A DNA stretch of 32,000 nucleotides. Origin: Candidatus Saccharimonadota bacterium. Lineage in GTDB: Bacteria > Bacteroidota > Bacteroidia > Flavobacteriales > Blattabacteriaceae. How positions within the stretch are numbered: position 1 is the stretch's first letter; each line of letters starts with the position of its first letter. The notes under the pieces are model-generated. The model was not told the origin of the DNA, did no database searches, and was given only the letters and a program-made list of their open reading frames with translations. Location: positions 240,001-272,000 of the forward strand of contig NZ_OZ034981.1 of assembly GCF_964030875.1 (NCBI RefSeq), in the 5' to 3' direction. Of this stretch, positions 7,196-16,716 are shown piece after piece. A program made the position numbers and the translations under genes.

Positions 7196-9829
7196 ATGGA
7201 AATATTAACTCGTTACACACCTAAAAATATTGAGAAAAAAATATATCATTTTTGGCTTAAAAAATCTTTTTTTCATTCTATTCCTGATGAAAGGCCTTCT
7301 TATACTGTGGTAATTCCTCCACCAAATATTACTGGGATACTTCATATGGGTCACATGTTGAATAACACGTTACAAGATGTACTTGTACGTCGTTCTCGTA
7401 TGAGAGGTTACAATACTTGTTGGGTTCCAGGAACAGATCATGCTTCCATAGCCACTGAGGCTAAAATAGTATCTCATCTAAAAGAAAAAAAACTTACTAA
7501 ATCAAAAATAGGTAGAGAAGCTTTTCTAAAATTAGCTTGGGAGTGGACTCATAAACATAGAGAGACCATATTGAATCAACTTAAAAAGCTTGGATGCTCT
7601 TGTAATTGGAAATTTACAAGATTTACTATGGATAAATCGCTATCAAATTCTGTTATTCGTTGTTTTATTGATTTATATAGACGCGGATTGATTTATAGGG
7701 AATACAGAATGGTACATTGGGATACTGAGGCGAAAACCACTATATCAGATGAAGAGGTAATATATAAAGAATGTAAAGGAATACTTTATTATATAAAGTA
7801 CCCGATTTTAGGTAAAAAAGAATATTTAATTATTGCCACTACTCGTCCAGAAACCTTGTTGGGTGATACGGCGGTTTGTGTTCATCCATATGATGAACGT
7901 TTTTCCCATATAAAAATGGGAGAAAGTATTTTGGTTCCCATTGTTCAACGTATAGTCCCACTCATAAAGGATGAATATGTAGATAGAGAATTTGGAAGTG
8001 GCTGTCTTAAAATGACTCCTTCTCACGACGTTAATGACCAAATTTTAGCTAAAAAATATCATCTAGAATTTATAGATATTCTTAATGAGGATGGGACTTT
8101 AAATGAACATGCTTTCCACTATCATGGAGAAGACCGTTTTAAAGTGCGTAAAGAGATTGTACAAGAACTAAGAGAAAAGGGTTTTTTGATAAAAGAAGAG
8201 TCCTTAATCCATAAGGTAGGCGTCTCTGAACGTACTGGATCTTTGATAGAATCTCGTCGTTCCATGCAATGGTTTCTAAAAACAACAGATATGGCTAAAC
8301 AAGCGATTGAAGCTGTAAAAAATGGAGAAATTCACTTTCATCCCCCAAAAATAGAAAAGATTTATAAAAATTGGATGGAAAATATCCAAGATTGGAACAT
8401 TTCACGTCAACTTTGGTGGGGACACCGCATTCCAGTGTACTATTATAATAATAATATAGAAGATTATATAGTGGCTGAAACTAAGGAGGAGGCTCTTAAT
8501 CTAGCTAGTAAAAAAATAAATGGTATAACATTGGATCTGTTAAAACAAGACGAAGATGTGCTTGATACTTGGTTTTCTTCTTGGCTATGGCCAATTTCTG
8601 TATTTGATGGCATATCTCGCCCAAATAATAAAAGTATTCAATATTATTATCCAACTAAAGATTTAGTCACTGGACCTGATATTCTATTTTTTTGGGTAGC
8701 ACGTATGGTTATGGCTGGTTATACTTTTATAAATAAAAAACCATTTGAGAACGTTTGTTTTACTGGTATTGTTCGTGATAATCATCACAAAAAAATGTCT
8801 AAGTCTTTAGGAAATTCTCCTAATCCTATTACCTTGATGAATCAATATGGGACAGATGGAGTAAGAGTAGGACTATTGCTTAATAGTCAAATGGGGAATG
8901 ATCTGATTTTTAATGAAAAACTTTGTTTACAAGGAAGAAATTTTGCTAATAAAATATGGAATGCTTTCCGGTTGATCAAATCTTGGAAAACTGATTTTAA
9001 TGCCCCTATTTTAACTTCTGAAAAGTTAGCTATAAAGTGGTTTGAAAACCGATTTGATCAGGTACTTGAACAAATAGACCAGTTATTTGAAAAATATAAA
9101 ATTTCTGACACGTTAAATATTCTGTATAATTTTTTTTGGGATGATTTTTGTTCGTGGTATTTAGAAATTGTAAAACCCTCTTCAAAAGATTCGGTGTCAG
9201 ATTTTCTATATTCAAAAACATTTAAATTTTTTGAAAAATTAATGAAATTGCTTCATCCATATATGCCGTTTCTTACAGAAGAAATTTGGCACAAAATTAA
9301 AGTCCGTGCAGACAAAGAAGCACTTATTATTAGTTCATGGCCTAAAAAAAAAAAAATTGAGGAAAAAATAATAACAGATTTTTGTCATATTATGCATCTT
9401 GTAATAGAGTTACGATCCTTAAGAAAAAGGCAGAGAATTTATGAAAATATTTCATTTTTGTTGTCCACTTGTATTAATGATGAAAAATCTATATTCTATC
9501 CCGTGGTTTTAAAATTAGAAAATATTTCGGAGCTTTCTTTTCTGGAAGAGAAACCTATTAATAACAAATTATCTTTTTTAGTTGGTACACAAGAATACTT
9601 TGTGTCTTTTGAAGGACAGACTAATCTCTATGAGGAGATTAAAAAATTAAAAAAATCTATAGAATACTATAAAGATTTTCTAGCAGATACAAGGAAAAAA
9701 TTGTCAAATAAGCATTTTGTATATAATGCTCCTCAAAGAGTAGTTCATTTAGAAATGAAAAAAGAATATGATACCATAAAAAAAATAAAAATGCTACAAG
9801 ATAGACTTAAAATTATACTAGAAAAGTAA
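7196..9829 (+). CDS. valS: Valine--tRNA ligase
   Basis: 877 aa. PPPNITGILHMGHMLN contains the HIGH motif and KMSKSLGNSP is the KMSKS motif. A C-terminal coiled coil is present. The gene contains an in-frame A12 tract at 9346-9357. Confidence 0.93.
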   Translation: MEILTRYTPKNIEKKIYHFWLKKSFFHSIPDERPSYTVVIPPPNITGILHMGHMLNNTLQDVLVRRSRMRGYNTCWVPGTDHASIATEAKIVSHLKEKKLTKSKIGREAFLKLAWEWTHKHRETILNQLKKLGCSCNWKFTRFTMDKSLSNSVIRCFIDLYRRGLIYREYRMVHWDTEAKTTISDEEVIYKECKGILYYIKYPILGKKEYLIIATTRPETLLGDTAVCVHPYDERFSHIKMGESILVPIVQRIVPLIKDEYVDREFGSGCLKMTPSHDVNDQILAKKYHLEFIDILNEDGTLNEHAFHYHGEDRFKVRKEIVQELREKGFLIKEESLIHKVGVSERTGSLIESRRSMQWFLKTTDMAKQAIEAVKNGEIHFHPPKIEKIYKNWMENIQDWNISRQLWWGHRIPVYYYNNNIEDYIVAETKEEALNLASKKINGITLDLLKQDEDVLDTWFSSWLWPISVFDGISRPNNKSIQYYYPTKDLVTGPDILFFWVARMVMAGYTFINKKPFENVCFTGIVRDNHHKKMSKSLGNSPNPITLMNQYGTDGVRVGLLLNSQMGNDLIFNEKLCLQGRNFANKIWNAFRLIKSWKTDFNAPILTSEKLAIKWFENRFDQVLEQIDQLFEKYKISDTLNILYNFFWDDFCSWYLEIVKPSSKDSVSDFLYSKTFKFFEKLMKLLHPYMPFLTEEIWHKIKVRADKEALIISSWPKKKKIEEKIITDFCHIMHLVIELRSLRKRQRIYENISFLLSTCINDEKSIFYPVVLKLENISELSFLEEKPINNKLSFLVGTQEYFVSFEGQTNLYEEIKKLKKSIEYYKDFLADTRKKLSNKHFVYNAPQRVVHLEMKKEYDTIKKIKMLQDRLKIILEK

Positions 9830-9844
9830 AAGTCCGATCAGTTT

Positions 9845-10108
9845 ATGTTTTCTTTAAATATATTGGATCTATCAAATAGGTTTTTAGTGAAAAGTTCGGC
9901 GTAAAATTTTAGTCCAGCTATATTGGCTAATTACATTTATGAACTAGCTAAATCTTTTAACGATTTTGACCAAAACGTAAGTGTAAAAATTATTCCAGAT
10001 AAAAATCTGTATCAGGCTATTTTCCTACTAAAACTTTCTATTTTGTGTGGAGAAGTTTTAAAATTAGGCCTGAAACTTTTGGTAATCAATATGCCAGAAC
10101 GTATGTAG
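9845..10108 (+). pseudogene. argS: Arginine--tRNA ligase relic. Only about the last 87 codons remain, with an in-frame TAA at 9902-9904.
   Basis: The reading is SLNILDLSNRFLVKSSA*NFSPAILANYIYELAKSFNDFDQNVSVK...LKLGLKLLVINMPERM. This matches the ArgRS DALR anticodon-binding C-terminus, whose family ends in ...LLGI..PE.M. The roughly 1.5 kb 5' part is absent, because the valS stop lies at 9827-9829. Confidence 0.75.
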
Positions 10109-10118
10109 AAAAAATACT

Positions 10119-10440
10119 ATGTTTGATACTTTCCAAGATCAATTGGTAAAGATTTTCCATAATATTGAAAGTATTACAGAGAGTAATATTGAAAGTATTC
10201 CGTCGGGTTTTACTTAATGCTGATGTGAATTTTAAAGTCGCTAAGGAATTTCCTAAAAAACAAAGCTTTAGGTCAAAAAGTTAAACCCGAACAGGTTATA
10301 ATAAAGATTGTCCACGATGAACTCGTAGAACTTCTGGGTGGACAGAATACTAGGATTAGGTAAACCCGCAACTATTCTTATTTAAGGTAGTGGTACGGAA
10401 AATTATACTTGTCCAGTAAAGAACGTAAACATAATCTAGA
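10119..10440 (+). pseudogene. ffh: Signal recognition particle protein Ffh relic (N domain and start of G domain only; multiple frameshifts and stops)
   Basis: Three frames each hold pieces. One has MFDTFQDQLVKIFHNIESITESNIES. A second has LLNADVNFKVAKEFPKK. A third has KALGQKVKPEQVIIKIVHDELVELLGG. A decayed P-loop reads GSGTEN in place of GSGKTT. The order of these pieces matches the Ffh N-terminus. The remaining roughly 1 kb is missing ahead of thrS. Confidence 0.7.
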
Positions 10441-10514
10441 CCGGTCTGGAACCTCTATAGTAGAATTTCTACTTAAGCAATTAGAACAAAAAATATAATC
10501 ACTACTCTTTATCT

Positions 10515-12452
10515 ATGACAGACTCTTCTTCTAAGGAAAATCTTATATGTATCAGATTTCCTAACGGTAAATCAAAAAAATTTCCATTTGGAACTTTACC
10601 GATAGAAATAGCTCATCATATCAATAAATCATTAGCTAATCGTGTATTATCTGCTAGTATAGATGGAAAACAAATAGAACTGGATACTCCAATAACTCAA
10701 GATGTACATATTGAATTTTATACCTGGGAAGATCCGATGGGAAAAAAAGCCTTTTGGCATTCATCCGCACATTTGTTGGCACAAGCTATTTTAAAAATGT
10801 ATCCCAAATCTCTATTAACTATAGGGTCACCTATTGAGAATGGTTTTTATTATGACGTTGATATGTCTGGAGCTTCTATTTCAGAGAAAGATTTTATTAA
10901 GATTGAAACTATTATGATTGAAAATGCTAGAAAATGTTCATCTTTTCATCTGTATAAAGTTTCTAAAGTAGAGGCATTAAATTTTTATAAAAAAAATTCT
11001 TATAAAACAGAATTAATCCAAAATTTTGAGTCTATTACTTTTTGTCGTCACGACGATTTTGTTGATCTATGCCAAGGAGGGCATATTACTGGTACTGGTT
11101 GTATTAAATACGTAAAAATTCTTAGTCTCTCCGGAGTTTATTGGAATGGTGATAAAAACAACAAGCAAATTACAAGAATTTATGGTATTTCTTTTCCTAA
11201 TCAAAAAGAACTTTATGATTACTTATTACGTTTTGACGAGTCTAAAAATAGAGATCATCGTAAGCTCGGAAAAGAACTTGGTTTATTTACTTTTTCAGAA
11301 AGAGTAGGATCTGGTCTACCACTTTGGCAACCCAAAGGAGCTATTTTACGAAAATGTTTGAAGGATTTTCTACGTAGTACACAACAAAAATATGGTTATG
11401 AAATGGTAGTTACACCACACATTGGATATAAATCTCTTTATGAAATTTCAGGCCATTGGGATAAATATGGGAAGGATAGTTTTTGGTCTATATCCTCCCC
11501 TAATAAGTCTGAAGAATTTTTATTAAAACCGATGAATTGTCCACACCATTGCGAAATTTACCGGTCACAACAATGGTCTTATCGAGACCTTCCCAAAAGA
11601 TTCTCTGAATTTGGTACCGTATACCGATATGAACAAAAAGGAGAACTTCATGGTTTAATGCGTGTGAGAGGGTTTACTCAAGATGATGCGCATATTTTTT
11701 GTACTACTGATCAGCTTTTAGAAGAATTTAAAAAAGTTATTGAATTGGTGCTCTATAGTTTAGAATATTTTGGGTTTAAAGATTACACGGCTCAGATCTC
11801 TCTTAGAGATCATAAAACGCCTAATAAATATATAGGAACAGATGATAATTGGAAAAAATCTGAACATGCTATCATCCAGGCAGCAACATCTAAAAATTTA
11901 AAAATAAACATCTCCCATGGAGAAGCAGCTTTCTACGGTCCAAAATTGGATTTTATTGTAAAGGATGCTTTAGGACGTAGTTGGCAGTTAGGTACTATTC
12001 AGGTAGACTATAATCTTCCTGAGAGGTTTAATTTACAATACAGAGGAGTAGATAATCAATGGGATCGTCCTGTAATGATACATAGAGCGTCTTTTGGTTC
12101 TTTGGAACGTTTTATAGCTATTCTCATAGAGCATACTTATGGTAATTTTCCTTTTTGGCTTGCACCGATTCAAGTTCTGATTCTTCCCATAAGTTATAAA
12201 CATATACTTTATGCAAAAAAAGTTTTAAATTTGTTATACGAATTTGATATTCGTGTCAATATTGATATTCGTGATGAGAAAATTAGTAAAAAAATCATAG
12301 ATTCTGAGATGTCTAAAATTCCCTTCATGATATTAGTAGGAGATAAAGAGGTTACTTGCGGTAATCTTTCCGTAAGAGCACATAAAGAAGGAAATCTAGG
12401 TGCTTATTCTAAAGAAGAATTTATAGATTTAATAAAATCTAAACTTGTATAA
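10515..12452 (+). CDS. thrS: Threonine--tRNA ligase
   Basis: 645 aa. It has an N-terminal TGS-like domain, class II motifs (FRYEQKGELHGLMRVRGFTQDDAHIF) and a C-terminal anticodon-binding domain. Confidence 0.93.
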   Translation: MTDSSSKENLICIRFPNGKSKKFPFGTLPIEIAHHINKSLANRVLSASIDGKQIELDTPITQDVHIEFYTWEDPMGKKAFWHSSAHLLAQAILKMYPKSLLTIGSPIENGFYYDVDMSGASISEKDFIKIETIMIENARKCSSFHLYKVSKVEALNFYKKNSYKTELIQNFESITFCRHDDFVDLCQGGHITGTGCIKYVKILSLSGVYWNGDKNNKQITRIYGISFPNQKELYDYLLRFDESKNRDHRKLGKELGLFTFSERVGSGLPLWQPKGAILRKCLKDFLRSTQQKYGYEMVVTPHIGYKSLYEISGHWDKYGKDSFWSISSPNKSEEFLLKPMNCPHHCEIYRSQQWSYRDLPKRFSEFGTVYRYEQKGELHGLMRVRGFTQDDAHIFCTTDQLLEEFKKVIELVLYSLEYFGFKDYTAQISLRDHKTPNKYIGTDDNWKKSEHAIIQAATSKNLKINISHGEAAFYGPKLDFIVKDALGRSWQLGTIQVDYNLPERFNLQYRGVDNQWDRPVMIHRASFGSLERFIAILIEHTYGNFPFWLAPIQVLILPISYKHILYAKKVLNLLYEFDIRVNIDIRDEKISKKIIDSEMSKIPFMILVGDKEVTCGNLSVRAHKEGNLGAYSKEEFIDLIKSKLV

Positions 12453-12455
12453 TCT

Positions 12456-12962
12456 ATGAAGAATAAGAAGACTAATCATCGTATCAATGATAGTATTACA
12501 TCTATTGATATACGTTTAGTGGGAGATAATGTAAAAAACGGAATATATTCCTTACGAGATTCCCTAGATATAGCTAAAAATCTTGGATTGGATTTAGTAG
12601 AAATTAATCCTAATATGTACCCTCCTGTTTGCAAATTACTAGATTATAATAAATTTCTTTATGAACAGAAGAAAAAGCAAAAAAAACTTAAACATAATCA
12701 GGTAAAAGAAATCCGTTTTGGTCCACAAATCTATGAACACGATTATGAATTTAAAAAAAATAATGCGAGAAAATTTCTCCAAGAAGGATCTAAGGTGAGA
12801 CTCATAGTATTTTTCAAAGGCCGATCTATAATCTATAAAAACCAGGGCGAGGTATTATTATTACGTTTAGCAAGAGACCTTGAAGATTGCTCTAAGACAG
12901 AACGTATGCCTTATCTTGAAGGGAAAAGAATGTTCCTAGTTTTAACACCAAAAATAATATAA
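12456..12962 (+). CDS. infC: Translation initiation factor IF-3
   Basis: 168 aa with [16 protein letters not shown] and [19 protein letters not shown]. It lies in the conserved thrS-infC-rpmI-rplT order. The start is ATG rather than the atypical codon used in E. coli. Confidence 0.9.
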   Translation: MKNKKTNHRINDSITSIDIRLVGDNVKNGIYSLRDSLDIAKNLGLDLVEINPNMYPPVCKLLDYNKFLYEQKKKQKKLKHNQVKEIRFGPQIYEHDYEFKKNNARKFLQEGSKVRLIVFFKGRSIIYKNQGEVLLLRLARDLEDCSKTERMPYLEGKRMFLVLTPKII

Positions 12963-12973
12963 TTGATTTTACA

Positions 12974-13171
12974 ATGTTTAAGTTGAAAACTAAGTCTAGC
13001 GCTAAAAAGCGTTTTAAATTGACTTCTAATGGTTTTATCATAAGAAAGCATGCTTTTAAAAATCATATACTAACTAAAAAATCTATTCATAGAAAACGTC
13101 GATTAACTTGTTTTTCCATTGTTAGAAAATCGGATGAGAAAAATATCAAAAGACAATTGTTAATAGGTTAA
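12974..13171 (+). CDS. rpmI: 50S ribosomal protein L35
   Basis: 65 aa, very basic, with [18 protein letters not shown]. It lies between infC and rplT. Confidence 0.88.
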   Translation: MFKLKTKSSAKKRFKLTSNGFIIRKHAFKNHILTKKSIHRKRRLTCFSIVRKSDEKNIKRQLLIG

Positions 13172-13176
13172 GTTAT

Positions 13177-13521
13177 ATGCCAAGATCAGTGAACGCAGTG
13201 GCTTCCAAAGCCAGGAGAAAAAAAATACTTAAAACGGCGAAGGGTTATTATGGAGCACGAAGTAAGGTTTTTACCGTTGCTAAAAACGCTGTAGAAAAAG
13301 CTCTACTATACGCTTATATAGGACGTAAAAGAAAAAAAAGATCTTTTAGGAGATTATGGATTCAGCGTATTAATGCTGGCTCTAGAGAGTATGGATTATC
13401 TTATTCTAAGTTAATGAATAAGCTATCAAAAAATAATATAAGTCTTAATAGAAAAGTCCTCGCCGACTTAGCTATACATCATCCTGATGCTTTTAAAGTC
13501 ATTGTCGAAAAAGTCCAGTGA
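13177..13521 (+). CDS. rplT: 50S ribosomal protein L20
   Basis: 114 aa with [31 protein letters not shown] and RLWIQRINA. Confidence 0.93.
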   Translation: MPRSVNAVASKARRKKILKTAKGYYGARSKVFTVAKNAVEKALLYAYIGRKRKKRSFRRLWIQRINAGSREYGLSYSKLMNKLSKNNISLNRKVLADLAIHHPDAFKVIVEKVQ

Positions 13522-13522
13522 A

Positions 13523-14014
13523 TTATTTAATTCTATAAATTTTTTTTATTAAATTTCGTTTTAATGATGGAAGATAGTCTATAAATAATTTTCCATTAAG
13601 GTGGTCATACTCATGCTGTACTACCCTAGCTTCTATTCCATGAAGAGTCTCTTTGCATTTTTCCCAATGTTCATTATAATATTCTATTTCTATTTTTTTA
13701 GGGCGTTCCACGTTTTCTATAATTTTTGGTATGCTTAAACATCCTTCTTTATATTTCCAAAGATCTCTATGGGCCTTTATTATTTTAGGATTTATGAAAA
13801 TCTCTTTAAAAGAACTCTCTCTCTCCGAAAGATCTACGATAAAAAGTTGTATACTCAAACCTACTTGAGGTGCAGCTAAACCAATACCATTAGCTTGGTA
13901 CATGGTCATAAACATATTATTAATAATTTTTTGAATCTTTAAAAAGGAAGTTTCTACTTTTTTACATTTTTTCCTTAAAACGGGATCTCCATATAGAGAG
14001 ATAGGTAACATCAT
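13523..14014 (-). CDS. def: Peptide deformylase
   Basis: 163 aa with GIGLAAPQVG, EGCLSIP and HEYDHLNG metal-binding motifs. Its stop lies 1 nt from the rplT stop, a convergent arrangement. Confidence 0.92.
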   Translation of the reverse strand: MMLPISLYGDPVLRKKCKKVETSFLKIQKIINNMFMTMYQANGIGLAAPQVGLSIQLFIVDLSERESSFKEIFINPKIIKAHRDLWKYKEGCLSIPKIIENVERPKKIEIEYYNEHWEKCKETLHGIEARVVQHEYDHLNGKLFIDYLPSLKRNLIKKIYRIK

Positions 14015-14029
14015 TTAATTAGATTTTCT

Positions 14030-14425
14030 CTATCCAAGATAATCTTGTAAAATTAATACAGCGCTTATTTCATCAATTAGTGCTTTATTCTTCCGATATT
14101 TTTTTTTTAATTTAATATATGTTATAGAATCTTTAGCTATTTTTGAAGTAAAACGTTCATCTACACGAACTACAGGAATTTCGTAAAAAATTGATAGAAA
14201 ATTTTTAATAAATGTTTGAATATCCTTTTCTATATCAAAGTATTGATTTTTAGGATCTCCTACAATTAGTGTCTTAACTCTCTCTTTAGAGAGGTACGAA
14301 TTTAAAAAAATCATTAATTCTGATGTTTTCACAGTTTTTAATCCGAAAGCAATCATTCCAAACGGATCAGTTACTGCCAATCCTGTTCTCTTTTTTCCAT
14401 AATCTATGGCTAATATTCGTGACAC
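14030..14425 (-). CDS. ruvX: Putative pre-16S rRNA nuclease / Holliday junction resolvase-like protein YqgF
   Basis: 131 aa. ILAIDYGKKRTGLAVTDP at the N-terminus and VDERFTS are typical of YqgF/RuvX. Confidence 0.85.
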   Translation of the reverse strand: MSRILAIDYGKKRTGLAVTDPFGMIAFGLKTVKTSELMIFLNSYLSKERVKTLIVGDPKNQYFDIEKDIQTFIKNFLSIFYEIPVVRVDERFTSKIAKDSITYIKLKKKYRKNKALIDEISAVLILQDYLG

Positions 14426-14484
14426 TCTCTATATAAATTTTTGGTATACAAAATTACTCTTTTGTTATAGAAACCCTGAGAATT

Positions 14485-15303
14485 ATGCAAGAAGATCTTA
14501 AAAAACAGATAGACATTGCTTGGAAAAACAAAAAAAAACGTTTCACTGATGAAACTAAAAGAATAGTATTTAAGACCATTTCAAAGCTTGATAGTGGAGA
14601 GATTAGAGTAGCACAGTCTACAGAAGAAGGATGGAAAATGAACGAATGGATAAAAAAGGCCATCCTCATGTATTTTTCTATAAGAGAGATGAAAACGTAT
14701 GAATTGGGTCCGTTAGAATTTCATGATAAGATTCCGATTAAATCAGAATATAATAAAAAAGATGTACGTGTAGTTCCACATGCCATTGCTAGATATGGAT
14801 CTTATCTTTCTAAAGGGGTTATATTGATGCCTTCTTATGTTAATATAGGTGCTTACATCGGTCAGAATACAATGATAGATACTTGGGCAACGGTTGGAAG
14901 TTGTGCTCAGATTGGGGCACGTGTTCACGTCAGTGGTGGGGTCGGTATTGGCGGAGTACTAGAACCTTTACAAGCAGTTCCAGTAATCATTGAAGATGAT
15001 GTTTTTATCGGATCTAGATGTATAGTAGTAGAGGGAGTGCATGTAGAAAAAGAAGCCGTTTTAGGAGCAGGGGTTATTCTCACTGGTTCGACTAAAATTA
15101 TAGATGTTACAGGGCCATTTTCTCTAGAAATTATAGGCCGTATTACCAGTAGATCAGTGGTTATTCCAGGTACCTATCCGAAGAATTTCCCTGCAGGAAT
15201 TTACCAGGTTCCTTGCGCACTTATTATAGGAAAACGGAAAGAAAGTACAGATAAAAAAACTTCTTTGAATGAAACTCTTCGTGAATATTCTTTATCTGTT
15301 TAG
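14485..15303 (+). CDS. dapD: 2,3,4,5-tetrahydropyridine-2,6-dicarboxylate N-succinyltransferase
   Basis: 272 aa. It carries hexapeptide repeats (IGARVHVSGGVGIGGVLEP...IIEDDVFIGSRC), and the N-terminal domain matches the Bacteroidota-type DapD length. Confidence 0.85.
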   Translation: MQEDLKKQIDIAWKNKKKRFTDETKRIVFKTISKLDSGEIRVAQSTEEGWKMNEWIKKAILMYFSIREMKTYELGPLEFHDKIPIKSEYNKKDVRVVPHAIARYGSYLSKGVILMPSYVNIGAYIGQNTMIDTWATVGSCAQIGARVHVSGGVGIGGVLEPLQAVPVIIEDDVFIGSRCIVVEGVHVEKEAVLGAGVILTGSTKIIDVTGPFSLEIIGRITSRSVVIPGTYPKNFPAGIYQVPCALIIGKRKESTDKKTSLNETLREYSLSV

Positions 15304-15306
15304 ACT

Positions 15307-16683
15307 ATGTATTTGAATAGCGCTATTAAAAATAGAATATTTCGTATTATTAGTCTATCATCTTCAGAAATTCAACAAGATTCATATGTTATAGGAGGGT
15401 CTGTTCGTGATGTTCTTCTTAAGAATAGACTGCCTAAATATATTGATATAGTAACAGTGGGAAGTGGTGTTCTTTTGGCCCAGAAAGTTTCTAAACACTT
15501 GAATATTTCTTCTAAAATCACCTGTTTTAAAAACTTTGGTACAGCTATTCTAAAATATAGGAATCATGAAATTGAATTCATAGGAGCTCGTAAAGAATCT
15601 TACAGAAATGATAGCCGTCAACCCATTGGTTCTATTACATCCTACCAAAAACGTAGGTCTTTTACTATCAATGCTATGGCGATCAGCCTGAATCCGTTTA
15701 ATTATGGTAAATTAATTGATCCGTTTGATGGACTTTCTGATCTTCAGAGTCACCCCAGGAATCCATGGGTTACTTCTTCTTACGATCCATTGCGAATGTT
15801 GCGAGCTATACGATTTTCTAGCCAGCTTGATTTTCTTATTGAAGAGCAGGCGATTTGTCTACAACAAAATAGTATCCATATCGTTTCTATTGAACGAATC
15901 ATGGAAGAATTTAATAATATTATGCTTTCACGTCAACCTTCTGTTGGGTTAAAACTTTTGCACAAATCTGGATTGTTATCAAAGATTTTACCAGAACTTA
16001 CTGATCTAGAAGGAGTAGAAGAAAAAGAAGGACATTATCATAAGGATAATTTTTTTCACACTCTTGAGGTAGTAGATAATATAAGTAAAGTATCAGATTC
16101 ACTTTGGTTACGATGGGCGGCGCTTTTGCATGATATTGGAAAATCTATCACTAAAAAATATGTATACCCTATTGGGTGGACGTTTCATTCTCATGAATTT
16201 GTAGGTGCACGTATGATTATAACATTGTTTCAAAGATTGAAATTCCCTCTGGGATCTACTGTGAAATATGTTAAGAAAATTGTTCAATTGAGTTCACGAC
16301 CTATAGCTTTGGTGAGTAAAGAAGCGACTGATTCAGCATTTCGTCGTTTATTATTTTATGCTGGAAAAGATATTGATGATCTCATGTTGCTATGTAAAGC
16401 AGATATTACCACAAAAAATGATGAAAAACGATATCGTTATAAGAATAATTTTGCCTTAGTGGAAAAAAAATTGCTTAAGATTTCAGAAACAGATAGAATC
16501 CGTAATTGGCAATCTCCAATTTCAGGAGAAGAAATTATGAAAATTTTTAATTTACGTCCCTCCAAAAAAGTGGGAATTATAAAAAAGTCCATAAAGGAAG
16601 CAGTTTTAGAGGGACATATTGCTCACGATCGGGAATCAGTATATTCCTTTATTCTTAAAAAGGGTAAAGAATTAGGTTTGTAA
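15307..16683 (+). CDS. cca: Class II tRNA nucleotidyltransferase (CCA-adding enzyme / poly(A) polymerase family) with C-terminal HD domain. The head-domain motifs look degenerate.
   Basis: 458 aa with GGSVRDVLL, RRSFTINAMA, DPLRMLRAIRF and HD-domain LLHDIGK...HSHEFVG. The expected DxD reads YID, and RRD reads RRS (see findings). Confidence 0.75.
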   Translation: MYLNSAIKNRIFRIISLSSSEIQQDSYVIGGSVRDVLLKNRLPKYIDIVTVGSGVLLAQKVSKHLNISSKITCFKNFGTAILKYRNHEIEFIGARKESYRNDSRQPIGSITSYQKRRSFTINAMAISLNPFNYGKLIDPFDGLSDLQSHPRNPWVTSSYDPLRMLRAIRFSSQLDFLIEEQAICLQQNSIHIVSIERIMEEFNNIMLSRQPSVGLKLLHKSGLLSKILPELTDLEGVEEKEGHYHKDNFFHTLEVVDNISKVSDSLWLRWAALLHDIGKSITKKYVYPIGWTFHSHEFVGARMIITLFQRLKFPLGSTVKYVKKIVQLSSRPIALVSKEATDSAFRRLLFYAGKDIDDLMLLCKADITTKNDEKRYRYKNNFALVEKKLLKISETDRIRNWQSPISGEEIMKIFNLRPSKKVGIIKKSIKEAVLEGHIAHDRESVYSFILKKGKELGL

Positions 16684-16716
16684 TAACATGCTCTTTTTAC
16701 TGCGGACCCTGGCTGC

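Noticed and set aside
9346-9357. The A12 tract in valS, and other homopolymers of 9 nt or more in genes (2161-2170 T10 in secY, the 14099-14108 T run in ruvX, A9 in dapD, 23659-23668 A10 in mnmE), were considered as frameshift sites.
   Set aside because: All are in frame, encoding Lys or Phe runs, and the ORFs continue normally. They are slippage-prone but currently intact. Only the 22841-22850 tract coincides with a frame break.
9923-10108. Track ORF of 61 aa considered as an independent gene.
   Set aside because: It starts at a TTG that is really an internal Leu codon of the ArgRS tail. The homology extends upstream across an in-frame stop.
14426-14484. A Bacteroidota-type promoter (TTTG at -33, TAnnTTTG at -7) was considered in the ruvX/dapD divergent spacer.
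   Set aside because: TTTG-containing strings occur (ttttggtatac, ctcttttgtta), but none matches TAnnTTTG exactly at sensible spacing. In DNA this AT-rich such matches are expected by chance.
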